Shown: piece after piece, positions 47,316 to 60,000 of the stretch
Layout of the letters: every line of letters begins with the position of its first letter
Numbering within the stretch: position 1 is the stretch's first letter
Source of the DNA: Fistulifera solaris
Lineage: Eukaryota
Length of the DNA: 64,000 nt
Direction of reading: 5' to 3'
NCBI GenBank assembly: GCA_030295235.1
Contig: AP026162.1
Location: 2,170,001-2,234,000 of the forward strand
Made by a program: the position numbers and the translations under genes
The notes under the pieces: model-generated
Told to the model about the DNA's origin: nothing
Database searches by the model: none
What the model saw: the letters and a program-made list of their open reading frames with translations, nothing else

Positions 47316-49031
47316 TCAGAACTCAGCGGCACGTCGCAGATATTTCCAAATTTCATTTCTCCCTAGCTTTGTTTGGGCAGAAGAGAGAATCACAGGAGCT
47401 TTTGCCACGCCATTTTCTTCCATGGTCGTTTGTACCTTCTTCATCACATCCCTGGATACCTTTCCTGTATTTGTCGCCGCAGCACCCTTGACATTCTTGT
47501 CCGCCTTGGTCAAAACTATAACATATTGTACGTGAGGCGGTTTGTCCTCACTAATTTGTTTCATAATAGCTGCATCTTCATCCGTAGGTCCATGTCGAGC
47601 GTCAACTAGATGGAAAAGGACTCGCAAATTCGGACGTTTTGTTATATATAAGTGCATGAACTCTTTCCATTTCTGCTTTTGAGCGTCTGGGGCTTTGGCA
47701 TAACCAAAACCCGGCAAATCCACCATATAGAACGAATCGGCGTCTTTTTCTCCTTCCACCACGTCACCGTACTTGATCTCCTTCTCGACGCCCGCTTTGT
47801 CATTGACGGCAAAAAAATTAAATTGCTGCGTTTTCCCCGGTCGTTTGCTGACAAAGGCGATAGACTTTCGATTTGTCACCATATTCACCAAGCTCGACTT
47901 GCCCACATTCGAACGTCCAATAAAAGCCACCTCACCCCGGTCGGCAGGTGGGCACTTTTGCATGTCAACGGCTCCGGTAACGAAAACGACACGACGGATC
48001 AGTGCGTTGGATAGTTGCTCGTAAACAGTATCCGAATTCATCGGAGGAAAGGCGTTGATAGCATTCAATACCGCATAAACAAGATTGCACGGCATAGAAT
48101 CAATGTCGACGCCGACACAAGGTTGTACCGATCCATCCCTTCGTCCTGCCTCGCATTGAGCCGCACCTTTTAGTATACGACTCCACGGAATACCAATTTC
48201 CTCGTCTGTCATACCGGCTTGCACCACCAATGGTCCCATTTCGACTAATTTTCGGCACCCCAGTACAGCAAGGGAAGGTTCATTTTCGAAGAAATGCCGG
48301 GAAGCGAACGATGCCAGGGACAGTGCCCGATGTTTTAACACATCACGGACTGACGGCTGGTCGATCTCCTCGGCGGTGGGAAGCGGCAATTCATCGTCCA
48401 ATACAAACTGCGCATCCGACACATTATGAACACGCAACAAACCGCGGACAATTGCCGCGGATTCCAGGGGCAAGATCGATTGTCGATGATGTCGATATCG
48501 TTCCTCCAAGGCCAACCGCGCCAAACGGTGGTTGTTCATGTGCAGGGCCGCCACGGCCAGTCTCGCTAACAGAGAACCTCGATATCCGTAGGCGTACGTC
48601 TCATCCGTCTGTTCCAGTAAAAATCGTTCAATCGTCGCCAAATCCTGCGCGTCGTGTCGATTTTGTGCCCGTTTGATGGCCCGTATGACATCGTCCGGAG
48701 TGGACGATCGCGTCAACGCGCGGATGGCTTGAGAATTCAAATCATATGATGTACTATTCTCGTTGGGTTGTTTAAGCTCCGCAAAGTTTTGTTTTCTTCT
48801 TTGATTGTTGGACTTTGACGCGTCGTTATTATTCTTTTGCTTCTTTTGTCGTTCGAGAGCTTTTCGTTCCGGTCGAGTGAGTTTGTTGCTACCGTTGCTG
48901 GAGGTGACTCTACAAAGTATTGATTGCCTTGATAAGCGATGATGGGGTGCAAATGCGTGACATTTTGTGCATAGAATAAGAAGGATGACGAGCACACAAC
49001 GTCGAAGAGTGCTTCGGCAGACCGTATTCAT
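47316..49031 (-). CDS. engB: EngB/YihA/YsxC GTPase with plastid bipartite presequence and long N-terminal extension
   Basis: EVAFIGRSNVGKSSL, S..PGKTQ, VDLPGFGYA, LTKADK, SSA; signal peptide ending CHA-FAP. Confidence 0.9.
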   Translation of the reverse strand: MNTVCRSTLRRCVLVILLILCTKCHAFAPHHRLSRQSILCRVTSSNGSNKLTRPERKALERQKKQKNNNDASKSNNQRRKQNFAELKQPNENSTSYDLNSQAIRALTRSSTPDDVIRAIKRAQNRHDAQDLATIERFLLEQTDETYAYGYRGSLLARLAVAALHMNNHRLARLALEERYRHHRQSILPLESAAIVRGLLRVHNVSDAQFVLDDELPLPTAEEIDQPSVRDVLKHRALSLASFASRHFFENEPSLAVLGCRKLVEMGPLVVQAGMTDEEIGIPWSRILKGAAQCEAGRRDGSVQPCVGVDIDSMPCNLVYAVLNAINAFPPMNSDTVYEQLSNALIRRVVFVTGAVDMQKCPPADRGEVAFIGRSNVGKSSLVNMVTNRKSIAFVSKRPGKTQQFNFFAVNDKAGVEKEIKYGDVVEGEKDADSFYMVDLPGFGYAKAPDAQKQKWKEFMHLYITKRPNLRVLFHLVDARHGPTDEDAAIMKQISEDKPPHVQYVIVLTKADKNVKGAAATNTGKVSRDVMKKVQTTMEENGVAKAPVILSSAQTKLGRNEIWKYLRRAAEF

Positions 49032-50271
49032 GTGAAATATTTGAAGGGTAGCCCGTAGCGAAAGCTGTATTGCTGCGTTTACAAGCCAATGAAGGTCTAG
49101 TTCAGTATTTTGATTGCGACGCCGCTGATAAGCATGAGCGACAACCTAAATGGGCATGCCTTTCAAGACATGTGAGAATCATCAGAAAAAGAAAGCCAAA
49201 GCAACTTCTTCAACCGCATTATTTTTCGTCGTTGCGATGATCAACGGTGACAACGTCGTGTCACATGGAGTAGCACGCTCTACTTTATAAATCACTGTCA
49301 TGTCACGCACGTTCAGTTGTGGCGGACGCCGGAAAGGCGGATAAGTTCGATTGATTGAGGACGACGATGATTGTTAGATTCCACATATTCCAAAAAACAT
49401 ACGCTCATAACTCCATGAGAAAAGTTTTATTAAAAGGGTCAGATGTATGATGTAAACGAAGAAAAGCACTATGATGCTTCGTGACTGAAAATCAGTCGTG
49501 GTCTCCGTAAACTGACATTTTGGGCTATAGTAATTCGGAACAACATAACTCCACAATAAATTTCGACATAAAAGACCTAGAAGTTCATTTCAAATGCTGT
49601 TGAAGTTATTTGGACTGTAATAAAGACTGATAAAGCTTACCATTTTTGCAATTAGAACGGAGGTGATTAAGCCGTTTGCTTCGGCGAAATGATGATTCGC
49701 GACTGAAATGCAGCCGTGGTAAAGCTGATGATTCACTTTGAGGGCGATAGTAAATTCTGAAGACCGTTTCACGAAAGGCGATGGCTGTAATACCTCCTTA
49801 TGACAGCATTATCTTATTAATTATCAATGTTATTAATCTTTCGTCAAAGACAGCACCAAAAAATACGTTGCAATTTCTTAAAGGAATGTCAACGACCATT
49901 TCGAGACTGAATACCAATTCGAGTCGGAGACGTCTGAACTTACACCTTATACAATAGTAATTATTAGCTTTTTTTGAAAAGAAACCGAAGTGTCTAATTT
50001 ATTCGAAATATTCGAACGACAAAATCAAAACAAAATCGATGGTACGATAATAATAGGGTGAACTGAAGTCTTGTTTATCCTCGGTCAAAGACAGTGCCAA
50101 TGAAGATGAAATTCATCTGCGAATCGGACTTTAGTTTTAGACACGACTACATATTAGTGTATAGTAGACCTAAACGCCCATCAGGCCAAAAACGTTGTTT
50201 CGTCGGGAACCGACCGACGAAATAAGCCATTCCAAGTCAAACTGCGAGACGTTTATAAAGAATGCTCCATC

Positions 50272-51896
50272 ATGACAGATCAACATGCGGAGAATACATC
50301 CCCGGTTGTTCTGTATTCACTGGATCAATTTCAAGTCTCCATATCCGATGAGGTGAAGGAGCATTTGACGCGTCCGCTGCAGAACTTGTATGCGACCCGC
50401 GAAGAGGCCGTCAAACATTTTCAACGAATGATGGATGCCATGAAACGACCTCCGATCCAATCGGTTTGTCGTGTGAATTTAATACAGTCTTCTCGAGAAC
50501 AAGTTATGGAAGGGATACGGGAAAGTCTGCAAAGTGGATCATATCACGCGGTGGTGATCCAGAGCAGATGAGAGTTCGTGTGCATCCACACCCACAGCTC
50601 CACGATACCATTCTTGTCGATGTCATCCCCAAAGACACCACCGCTACTCTTGACAAAACAATTGTACCCCCAAAGAGCACTGATACGACACTCTTCCCTC
50701 ATTGGCCGACGCGAGAACAAATGGGTTGGCCGATGTCACATAGAGCCATTTTGTGCGATCGATTCTGTGGAGAAGCCGTGCTGCGAGGATCGGATATCTT
50801 TGTCCGCGGGATATTGTTGGCCGATGTCGGAATTGTAGCAGGAGAAGTCGTGGCCGTGTATGCCCATCTCGGGGATGGCCGGAAAGTTGCGCGTGGGAGA
50901 AAGTTGGAGGAATATCGAGGCGAGTGTCTCTTCTTGGGATTGGGGACGGCCTGTTGTTCTCGTGTCGACATGTTTCGTTGGGAATCGGGACTGGGCGTTA
51001 CCATATCTCCTTTTCCGTGGGATCGGGCCGGACCGAGCATGCCACCCTTGTCGGGGATTTTACCGAATGCCATGATGCCGCAGAATTTGCCTTCTATAGT
51101 GGTCACGCATGCTCTGCAACCCGAACCAAATGACACAATTCTCGATATGTGTTCCGCACCCGGTGGAAAATCCTTGCACTTGGCGAGCTGGACGAATAAT
51201 CAAGCAACGATTGTGGCCTGCGACAGGAGCCGTCGTAAAATGATAGCGGCTGGCGAAACCTTTCGACATGCCGGTGCAACGTGTATCACTCCCTTGGCGC
51301 TCGACACAACATCGTGCGTCCTCCAACTATCGCAAGATGCTGAAAGAAAAACCGTCCAGCAGGTAAGTTAAAAGTAAGAGTTGTTGTAGAGATGGTATTA
51401 TTGTCATCTCTGACTTTTTTAATCCGTTCAGATCCTTTCTTCCGCGAAGCCATCGACAAAAGACTCTCTTCTGGATGTGAAAGGATTCTACCCCGAATCG
51501 TTTGATCGAATACTGTTGGATCCCCCGTGTAGTGCACTGGGGTTGCGACCCAAACTAGAGGTTCCCCTGCAAACGATTCAGGACCTGGAGTCTTACGCAA
51601 AGTATCAGCGGCGATTCATCCAACAAGCTGTAGCTCTATTAAAACCGGGAGGAATTATGACGTACAGTACATGCACGTTCCACACCATGGAAAATGAGGA
51701 AATGGTTGCTTACATCTTAAGCAAGTACACGCAGATGGAACTGATCCCAATTGATCTCGATATCGGACTCCCGGGTCTTCCTAGTTTGGGTTTGAACGAA
51801 GTCCAGCGACATAGTGTGAGACGCTTTGATCCATCGGACGCACAAGATACCATTGGTTTCTTTGTTGCAAAATTTCAGAAAAGAAGAGACTCATAA
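50272..51896 (+). CDS. NSUN6: NSUN6-like RNA m5C methyltransferase (PUA + RsmB/NOP2), intron 51363-51431, frameshift ~50520-50560
   Basis: CGEAVLRG..IF..G, QNLPS.V..HAL.P, LDMCSAPGGK, FDRILLD.PCS.LG.RP, YSTCT...ENE. Confidence 0.9.
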
Positions 51897-51936
51897 CAAA
51901 GATTTATTTTAACAGAATATAGGCAAGTTACACGCC

Positions 51937-53712
51937 TCACTTTTCCCACCAATTAAATCCACTACTAGCTTGGCCTTGGCCTCCATAACCATAGTAAGCA
52001 GAAGGATCCCAGCTGCTAGTCTCTTCTCCGGGTCGAACTTGTTGTGCCTGCTGTTGATGCCCGTGTTGATATGGAGCCTGCGCAACACCGTAAGTGGGTT
52101 GTGCCGCTGGTTGTGCACCGTAATAACTTTGATTCACGGTGGGAACAGGAGGCGGTGGAAGCGTAACTTGCTGCGGTGGCGGCGGCAGGTGCCCTGCAGG
52201 AGCCATGGGTGGCGGCGGTGGCGGAGGGAGCTGTTCGAATGGTGGAGGAGGTAGACTAGCGGCAGCATTTCCACCAGCCGTCACTGGGTTGGTTGTCGCA
52301 TGTGGCAAGGAAGGAGGCTGTGTAGCCGGCTCGTCCGCTTTCTTTCCATCAAGTTCCGCCATGAAAGACAAATATTCTGAGTCAATTTGCTGCTGTTCTT
52401 GTGGATTGGATGGATCAACGATCGATGGCTTTCGAGTACAGTCCCTCGTTGGATGGCTTGTGTCACCGCAGATGGCACACTTCACTAAAGGCCGATTGTT
52501 GTTCATAGCGAACCGCTTCGGGCATTCAAAAGACCGATGTCCTTTCTCTCCACAAATGTCACAGAATTCATCCTCTTTCAGGGTTCCGTTGAGTAGAGCC
52601 AGTTCGCGAAGCTGTTGCTGTTTGTGAACATTCTTCTCGTCATCAATGACGACCAGCATTTGCTCGATCATATCCGTTGCAGCATCGACAGCACGCTGGT
52701 CATCGCCAGTAATCACAACATGGAGCGGTTCGTTGTCCCCTCCATCACCTTTCCATCTCGACGTCCTCGCGCTCCCTCCTTAACGGACCCTTTTCCACGA
52801 ATGGCAATTTTGCAGCCCGTTTTCGCTTCCAACTCCTTCTGTGTCTTACCGCGGGGCCCGATAATGAGACCAATAAAGTTATAGTTCGGGTGTTTCTCGA
52901 TGGGAATAGGAACTTTATTTACACGCTTGCGCACCAATAGATGGCTCATCGTTTTTCTGGCTTGAACGTTAGGATTCAAATTCATGATCCGTTCTAGGAT
53001 ATCTTGGCGTTCCGCACTATAACGTTCTCTCCACCTTACCGCGCGAGTATTTTTACGCATACCATCAGGCCCGTAGACTGTAATGAGAAAGAAAACAAGA
53101 ACAAACCGTTGAGACGATTGTATAGTCATCAGTGAAAAAGAGCGTTTTCAATGAATACTTACTTGGCGGAGGCGACGGCGAGCGCTCCCGATGACCCCGC
53201 GGTAAGGCGTCCACGCGGGCCGCTTCTCGCTCCAAACTCTCTAATTTATCATTAATATCGCGCAATTGGGCCTGGAGATGCCGCATCTGCTCTTGCTTTT
53301 CGGGGGGCAAATTCAAGGGCATGTTGACGCCGGGCAGGACAAGTTGAGGAACAACCGGAGCGACAGGAGGGGGCGGAAGTACATTTATTCCGTTATTATT
53401 GTCTCCCCAACGCGATCTTCGTTTCGAAGGATCATCATCATTGCTGTTGTTGGCGGATCCCCAACGCGATTTGCGTTTGCGGGGTACTTCCGATCCTTCG
53501 GATTGCTGCTGATGCTTCAAATACTCCTTTCTAGCTTCCTTCCAACCACGCCAATTCAAAACTTCTTTCCATAGACCAGGATACTCGCCATACTTTTCTT
53601 TCAGTTCCTTTGCCGCGGACGATTGACCCTCATTGTACCACGTCTTCATGGCGACGTGTTCACGTCGAACCGTGTCGACAAATTCGGCTGCGGATTCGCT
53701 GTCTTGACCCAT
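51937..53712 (-). CDS. SF1: Splicing factor 1 / branchpoint-binding protein, intron 53078-53162, frameshift ~52738
   Basis: RKRKSRW ULM, RSPSPPP.Y, KH NFIGLIIGPRG.T.K..E..TG.KIAIRGKGS, QLRELA.LNGTL, two CCHC knuckles, Pro-rich tail. Confidence 0.96.
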
Positions 53713-54098
53713 TCTAGGATATTCCGCCTCTTAGATATTGTGAACAGCTGTAACCTTAAATTACAAAGTATCAAGACTGGCTGTAACACTCTATTGTTTT
53801 GTTACGAATTCGACTTGATTGTTGCAACCTTTGCATGTTGCGTTGCGGCGAACAGAGGTCCGCATCGTTAACGAAGCGCAAACAACGCGGTGGAACTGAT
53901 GGCCGACGGTAGATGGATAGACGTTGATCGTAGATGCAGCGCAGCACGTACAGTGTACAGTACTGTAGCGGAGTCACGACCTCGGGTGAGTGTGAAGCCG
54001 AATGTACTACTCCGTAATTCGATCAAAGCTCTAGAAAGCAAGCATGATATCTATACTAATATAATCGAATGAAAATGAGTTAGCTCAACAAGCGTAAG

Positions 54099-57000
54099 CT
54101 AACGACGAGGCGCTCCGAAGGGGCTCGATGCTCCAAATGTCGCAGTGGGTTGGGGCGATCCAAACGAGCCAAAGCCTTGGCTAGGAGATGACTGGGCTAG
54201 ACTGCCAAAGCCTGAAGCTCCAAACGACGTAGATCCAGCTGCGGAGCCAAAAACAGAACCGGACGGGGTATTTGACGCAGTGACTGGCGCACTCCCGAAG
54301 ACACTACTCTGACCTAGCGGCGATGCCGATCCGAAACCACTTGATCCGAATGGTGTCGGAGTTGAAGCTACTCCACCAAACGCAGTAATTCCACCCAATC
54401 CACCGGTGCCCAGCGACGAGTGAGAGCCAAAGCCTCCAGGTGCGGGAGCAGGCGGTGACGTGAGCCCAAATATCGAAGGGTCAAGATTGTACTTCTTAGC
54501 CAGGTTTCGAAATAGAGCCTCTTCGTTTCCGTGATACTTCTCAAGAAGACGATCGGCTTCTTCCACCTTTGCAGGGTTGTGATTTCGATAAAACTCGATT
54601 AATAATTCGCGAGCGCTTTTGCCATTGAACATTGGTGCGCTTGTCGATTGTGCTTGGGTGATGCTAGCGGAACCAAAGGGAGTATTGCTTGGCGGGGCTG
54701 AAAAAGGAGATTGAGAGGCAGAAAATCCAGTGTTCCCACCGAACGGAAGTGGAGAGGTTGTTGACGAGCCAAAATTTGATGTCGATGTGCTTCCAAAGCC
54801 ACCGAACACAGGCTTGCTGTCTTGAATTGACGAGCCGGAGAGACCCGGTGAACCTAATGTGCTCGCGGATGATGCCATTTTTGAACCCCCAAAAGGTGAC
54901 TGTGATGTTGACGGCTTCTGCTGAAACGGCATTTGAGCATTTGATGTTTGTTCGGAAGGAAAAAGTGCATTACTCTTGTCAGCTGAAATTGAGACATCAC
55001 TTCGATTTTCAAGTGGATTGGCAACACCGTATCGCTTTGCTAGCTTGGCAAACATTTCGCTTTCTCTTCCCTGATTACCACAAATGTAAGGTAAACTGCT
55101 GTACATAGGTCACAAAATAGATTTAACAACATACCTTGTATTTCAATAGAACAGTAGACACCTCACTCAGTTTCGAAGCGTTATGTTCTGTATAAAACTC
55201 GGTCAGTAATTTGTGGAAGTCGACTTGGTCTGCGGATCCAGATGGCTGAATTTCAAAGAGGGATGATTTCGTTCCCGATTTTTTTGGTGTCTGTGAACAG
55301 CATAGTACCTAGACCATGCATACTTTTGAGCCCAAAAGTGTTTTCTTCCGACGTTTCTGCAGGAGCATCTTTTGGGTGAGAGAATGAAAGAGGAGGATCG
55401 GAATCATCCTTTAGCGTAAATGTGGACTTGAATGATTCATTCGGAAAATCTATGATTTTCGATGGTTTCAAGCCATCTTTCTTCGACGGTGACTCGGACA
55501 ATTTACTCCGTGGGGACTTGGACGCAAGGTCTCGAATGGGTATCTTTGATGACAACGACTCATTTCTCGCTTCTATAGACCCTGTATTATTCGAAACCGC
55601 GAAGGCATCTCTTACTCGCTCCGGCGTAGTTCCGAAATCAGAAAGCGCTCCACGAGCCGCACTGTCAATTGCAAAGCTCTTCAACTGAGAAGGTGCGGAA
55701 TACGTGAGAGCTTGCATTTTGGCCTGGTCGACTGTGGATGGCTCGTCCCATCCTGCTCGGGGATGGAGACTGATCGGTGGGGAAAATAGCTGGAGCTGTT
55801 TCTTGTTGTGCTTTCCTGTACTCGAAAGAAGTGGTTTGCGCTCGTCGAGACTTTTTCTTCTTCACTATTTGCGATTCGAGCGACAGCTCAAGTTTGGTTT
55901 TTCGTGGCATCTCAGAAAAGGTACTCAAATGATTTTCAACATTCTTCCAGTTCACTTCGTTTTTGTAATTTCCTTTTCCCGCTTGTATACTGCGATCCTT
56001 GGTCGTTCGATGTGACGGCAATCTATTTTTAATATCTTGCCCACAGTCAACTGCATTACGAATTCGGCGCTCAACACGAGTAGCATCTTCTTCAACTGCT
56101 TGTAACTTTTTTCTTGTTTCGTTTATAGTAACTAGTAAACGCATGTCACCATCAACTTCCTGTAATTCGTGCAAAAGCTTTGCTCTTGATTTCAATGCTA
56201 TAATGGAACGATGTAGTGTCATTGCGGCAGATGATATCTCTCGTCGCCGAGACTCAGATTCTACATCCAGTGGCTGAACTTTCAAAAGACTTGCCGAATC
56301 AATTTCTGATGCGAGGAAAGAAGTGAGATATTTCTCACACTCATTCACCCGCATCGAGGCGGTGGCCTTGTGACTTAGCATTTTGACCCCTCTTTGCTTT
56401 TGGTGCAAAAGAGAAGATTGAATATTCGAGAATGATACGAGCAATTCGTGATTGTTTTTCGCCACCGTAGAAATTGCGGCCTTGAGTTCGGAGTCATCAT
56501 TTTTCGATCTCATTTGCGATAGAACTTCCAGTCGCTCTTCCATTCTTTTAACAGTAACGGCATACTGAGCGGCGACCTCGCTCACACTATCTTGTATACT
56601 CAAGGGCACTCGCCCTATACCTCGCTGGGCCTGTGGAAAAGATGCCAGTGTATTTGTTTCGGTGGTTGCTGATAAGTGAGTGGAGGTCATGCTGGACATT
56701 GGCGGTATGGCCGAGGAAGACGAAGTTGCAGCCGTTTTCGTTCCTTCACCAGAAGCAGAGAAAGGTGTTGGCGCCTTGCTAAACATCGGCGGAAAAGCCG
56801 AGGAAGAAGTAGCCTTCTTAGATTCAGAGGAACCGAAAGCACTCGTGCCAGCAGCAGAAAAGGGAGTCGGAGCCTTACTCGACATTGGCGGGAAGGCCGA
56901 GGAAGACGAAGTTGAAGCCGTCTTCGTTCCATCGCCAGAAGCAGAGAAAGGTGTTGGCGCCTTGCTAGACATCGGCGGAAAAGCCGAGGAAGAAGTAACA

Positions 57001-60000
57001 CTTTTAGATTCAGCGGAACCGAAAGCACTCGTGCCAGCAGCAGAAAAGGGAGTTGGAGCCTTACTCGACATTGGCGGAAAGGCCGAGGAAGACGAAGTTG
57101 AAGCCGTCTTCGTTCCATCGCCAGAAGCAGAGAAGGTGTTGGCGCCTTGCTAGACATCGGCGGAAAAGAAGAAGAAGAAGAAGTAGCACTTTTAGATTCC
57201 GAAGAACCGAAAACACTTGTGCCAGCAGAAAGGGAGTAGGGGCCTTGCTCGACATTGGCGGGAAGGCCGAGGAAGACGAAGTTGAAATCGTTTTCGTTCC
57301 ATCACCAGAAGCAGAGAAAGGTGTTGGCGCCTTGCTAGACATCGGCGGAAAAGCCGAGGAAGAAGTAACACTTTTAGATTCCGAAGAACCGATAGCACTC
57401 GTGCCAGGAGCAGAAAAGGGAGTAGGGGCCTTGCTCGACATTGGCGGGAAGGCCGAGGAAGGCGAAGTTGCAGCCGTTTTCGTTCCATCACCAGAAGCAG
57501 AGAAAGGTGTTGGCGCCTTGCTAGAAATCGGCGGAAAAGCCGAGGAAGAAGTAGCCTTCTTAGATTCAGAGGAACCGATAGCACTCGTGCCAGCAGCAGA
57601 AAAGGGAGTAGGGGCCTTATTCGACATTGGCGGAAAGGCCGAGGAAGAAGAAGTTAAAGCCGTTTTCGTTCCTTCATTAGAAGCAGCAAAGGAGTTGGCG
57701 CCTTGCTAGACATCGGCGGAAAAGCCGAGGAAGAAGTAACACTTTTAGATTCCGAAGAACCAAAAACACTTGTGCCAGAAGAAGCAGAAAAGGGAGTTGG
57801 GGTCTTGTACGACATTGGCGGGAAGGCCGAGGAAGACGAAGTTGAAGCCGTCTTCGTTCTTTCATTAGAAGCAGCGAAAGGATTTGGCGCCTCGCTAGAC
57901 ATCGGTGGAAATGCGGAGGAGAGTGATGTTGTTTTTGTTTCTTCGCTGACAGATTGAAGAGCGTGACTCGAGGAAGCGTCAGACGATCCACTCGGTTTAA
58001 AACTGAAGCCCGATGAAACACCAGCCAGCAGGGCGGGGGCAGGCGATGATGAGGCACCGCCGCTTGAAAAAGAGAACCCGCACGAACTAATCGCACCTCC
58101 ACCAAACGAAAAGCCGTTAGCACCAATAGTTGAACCAGAGCTTTCTTGAGTCCCACTACCAGTACCCATTGAAGTCGTGGCAGCATCATTTTCAGTGCCA
58201 GGACGCACAGCCTCGCAAGCTTTGCATTTTCCTGTCTCTCCAGGATTCGACACCATACAAACGCTACATTTCCAGCTACCTTCCTCAGCCTTGAATAAAT
58301 TTCCCCAGCCGGTACCGGTGGCGACCGACTCACTGGTGACAACGCCGTCAACCTCATTCTCTTCTTCTTCGCTGTCCTCGATATCGCTTTCGTCACCTCC
58401 AAACAGCCAGTCAAGGTACCAGCTGACAAAGGCATTCTCGGTAATTATGCCGCTAGAGTCCTTCAACTTTCGTATCGTCTTTCTGTGTTCTTCTTCACAA
58501 TAAGTTGTGCCAAACGATTCAATCAACTTAGGGAAATCCATTTCCGTGATGCTTCGAACACCGTCGCGCATGCTGCTAAGCTCTCGAAACTTTGCCTGAG
58601 CACGTTCGCGTTCTTCTCGCTGGTCAGACTCTTCAGACCCGCCAGAACTTCCGCCGTCGTCATCTCCACTAAGAAGCTGAAGGTACCAATCGATAAAAGC
58701 CTGACGTTCTAAATGACCCTTATCATCCTTGTCGACAAGCTTTGTCTGTTTCTCTAACTCATCTCCGTAGAATCCTTCTCCAAGAAGTTCAATCAAGTCT
58801 TCCATCTTGTCTAAAGGTAAAATTCCTTTCTTGTCGCTATCAATCGTGTCAAAGGCCTCGGCAGCTTTCTTGACTTCCGGTGTGCTCGCAATTTCGTCTC
58901 CATGCGTTTCCGCACTTTTTAAATTAGAGAGCACATCACCGATTGTGAACTTAGAAACCTGTGCCGACGGATCAGAGGATATTTCAACATCATTACTTGC
59001 GATCGAAATGTTAGTAGATCCACTCGGTTTAAAACTGAAGCCCGATGAAACACCAGCCAGCAGGGCGGGGGCAGGCGATGATGAGGCACCGCCGCTTGAA
59101 AAAGAGAACCCGCACGAACTAATCGCACCTCCACCAAACGAAAAGCCGTTAGCACCAATAGATGAACCAGAGCTTTCTTGAGTCCCACTACCAGTACCCA
59201 TTGAAGTCGTGGCAGCATCATTTTCAGTGCCAGGACGCACAGCCTCGCAAGCTTTGCATTTTCCTGTCTCTCCAGGATTCGACACCATACAAACGCTACA
59301 TTTCCAGCTACCTTCCTCAGCCTTGAATAAATTTCCCCAGCCGGTACCGGTGGCGACCGACTCACTGGTGACAACGCCGTCAACCTCATTCTCTTCTTCT
59401 TCGCTGTCCTCGATATCGCTTTCGTCACCTCCAAACAGCCAGTCAAGGTACCAGCTGACAAAGGCATTCTCGGTAATTATGCCGCTAGAGTCCTTCAACT
59501 TTCGTATCGTCTTTCTGTGTTCTTCTTCACAATAAGTTGTGCCAAACGATTCAATCAACTTAGGGAAATCCATTTCCGTGATGCTTCGAACACCGTCGCG
59601 CATGCTGCTAAGCTCTCGAAACTTTGCCTGAGCACGTTCGCGTTCTTCTCGCTGGTCAGACTCTTCAGACCCGCCAGAACTTCCGCCGTCGTCATCTCCA
59701 CTAAGGAGCTGAAGGTACCAGTCGATAAAAGCCTGACGTTCTAAATGACCCTTATCATCCTTGTCGACAAGCTTTGTCTGTTTCTCTAACTCATCTCCGT
59801 AGAATCCTTCTCCAAGAAGTTCAATCAAGTCTTCCATCTTGTCTAAAGGTAAAATTCCTTTCTTGTCGCTATCAATCGTGTCAAAGGCCTCGGCAGCTTT
59901 CTTGACTTCCGGTGTGCTCGCACTTTCGTCTTTATCCGATTTTAAATCTTGTCCAAGTTTCACATCGTCCGCTGCCGGCTCTACGGGTAGAACTGGAGAA

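Noticed and set aside
49318..49345. GCCGGAAAGGC hairpin resembling SRP RNA helix 8
   Set aside because: Lacks the flanking CAGG/AGCA internal-loop bases and any Alu-domain context.
56676..59744. Long plus-strand ORFs (e.g. 56680-57153, 57053-57709, 58177-58503)
   Set aside because: Antisense shadows of the low-complexity and duplicated nucleoporin coding sequence.
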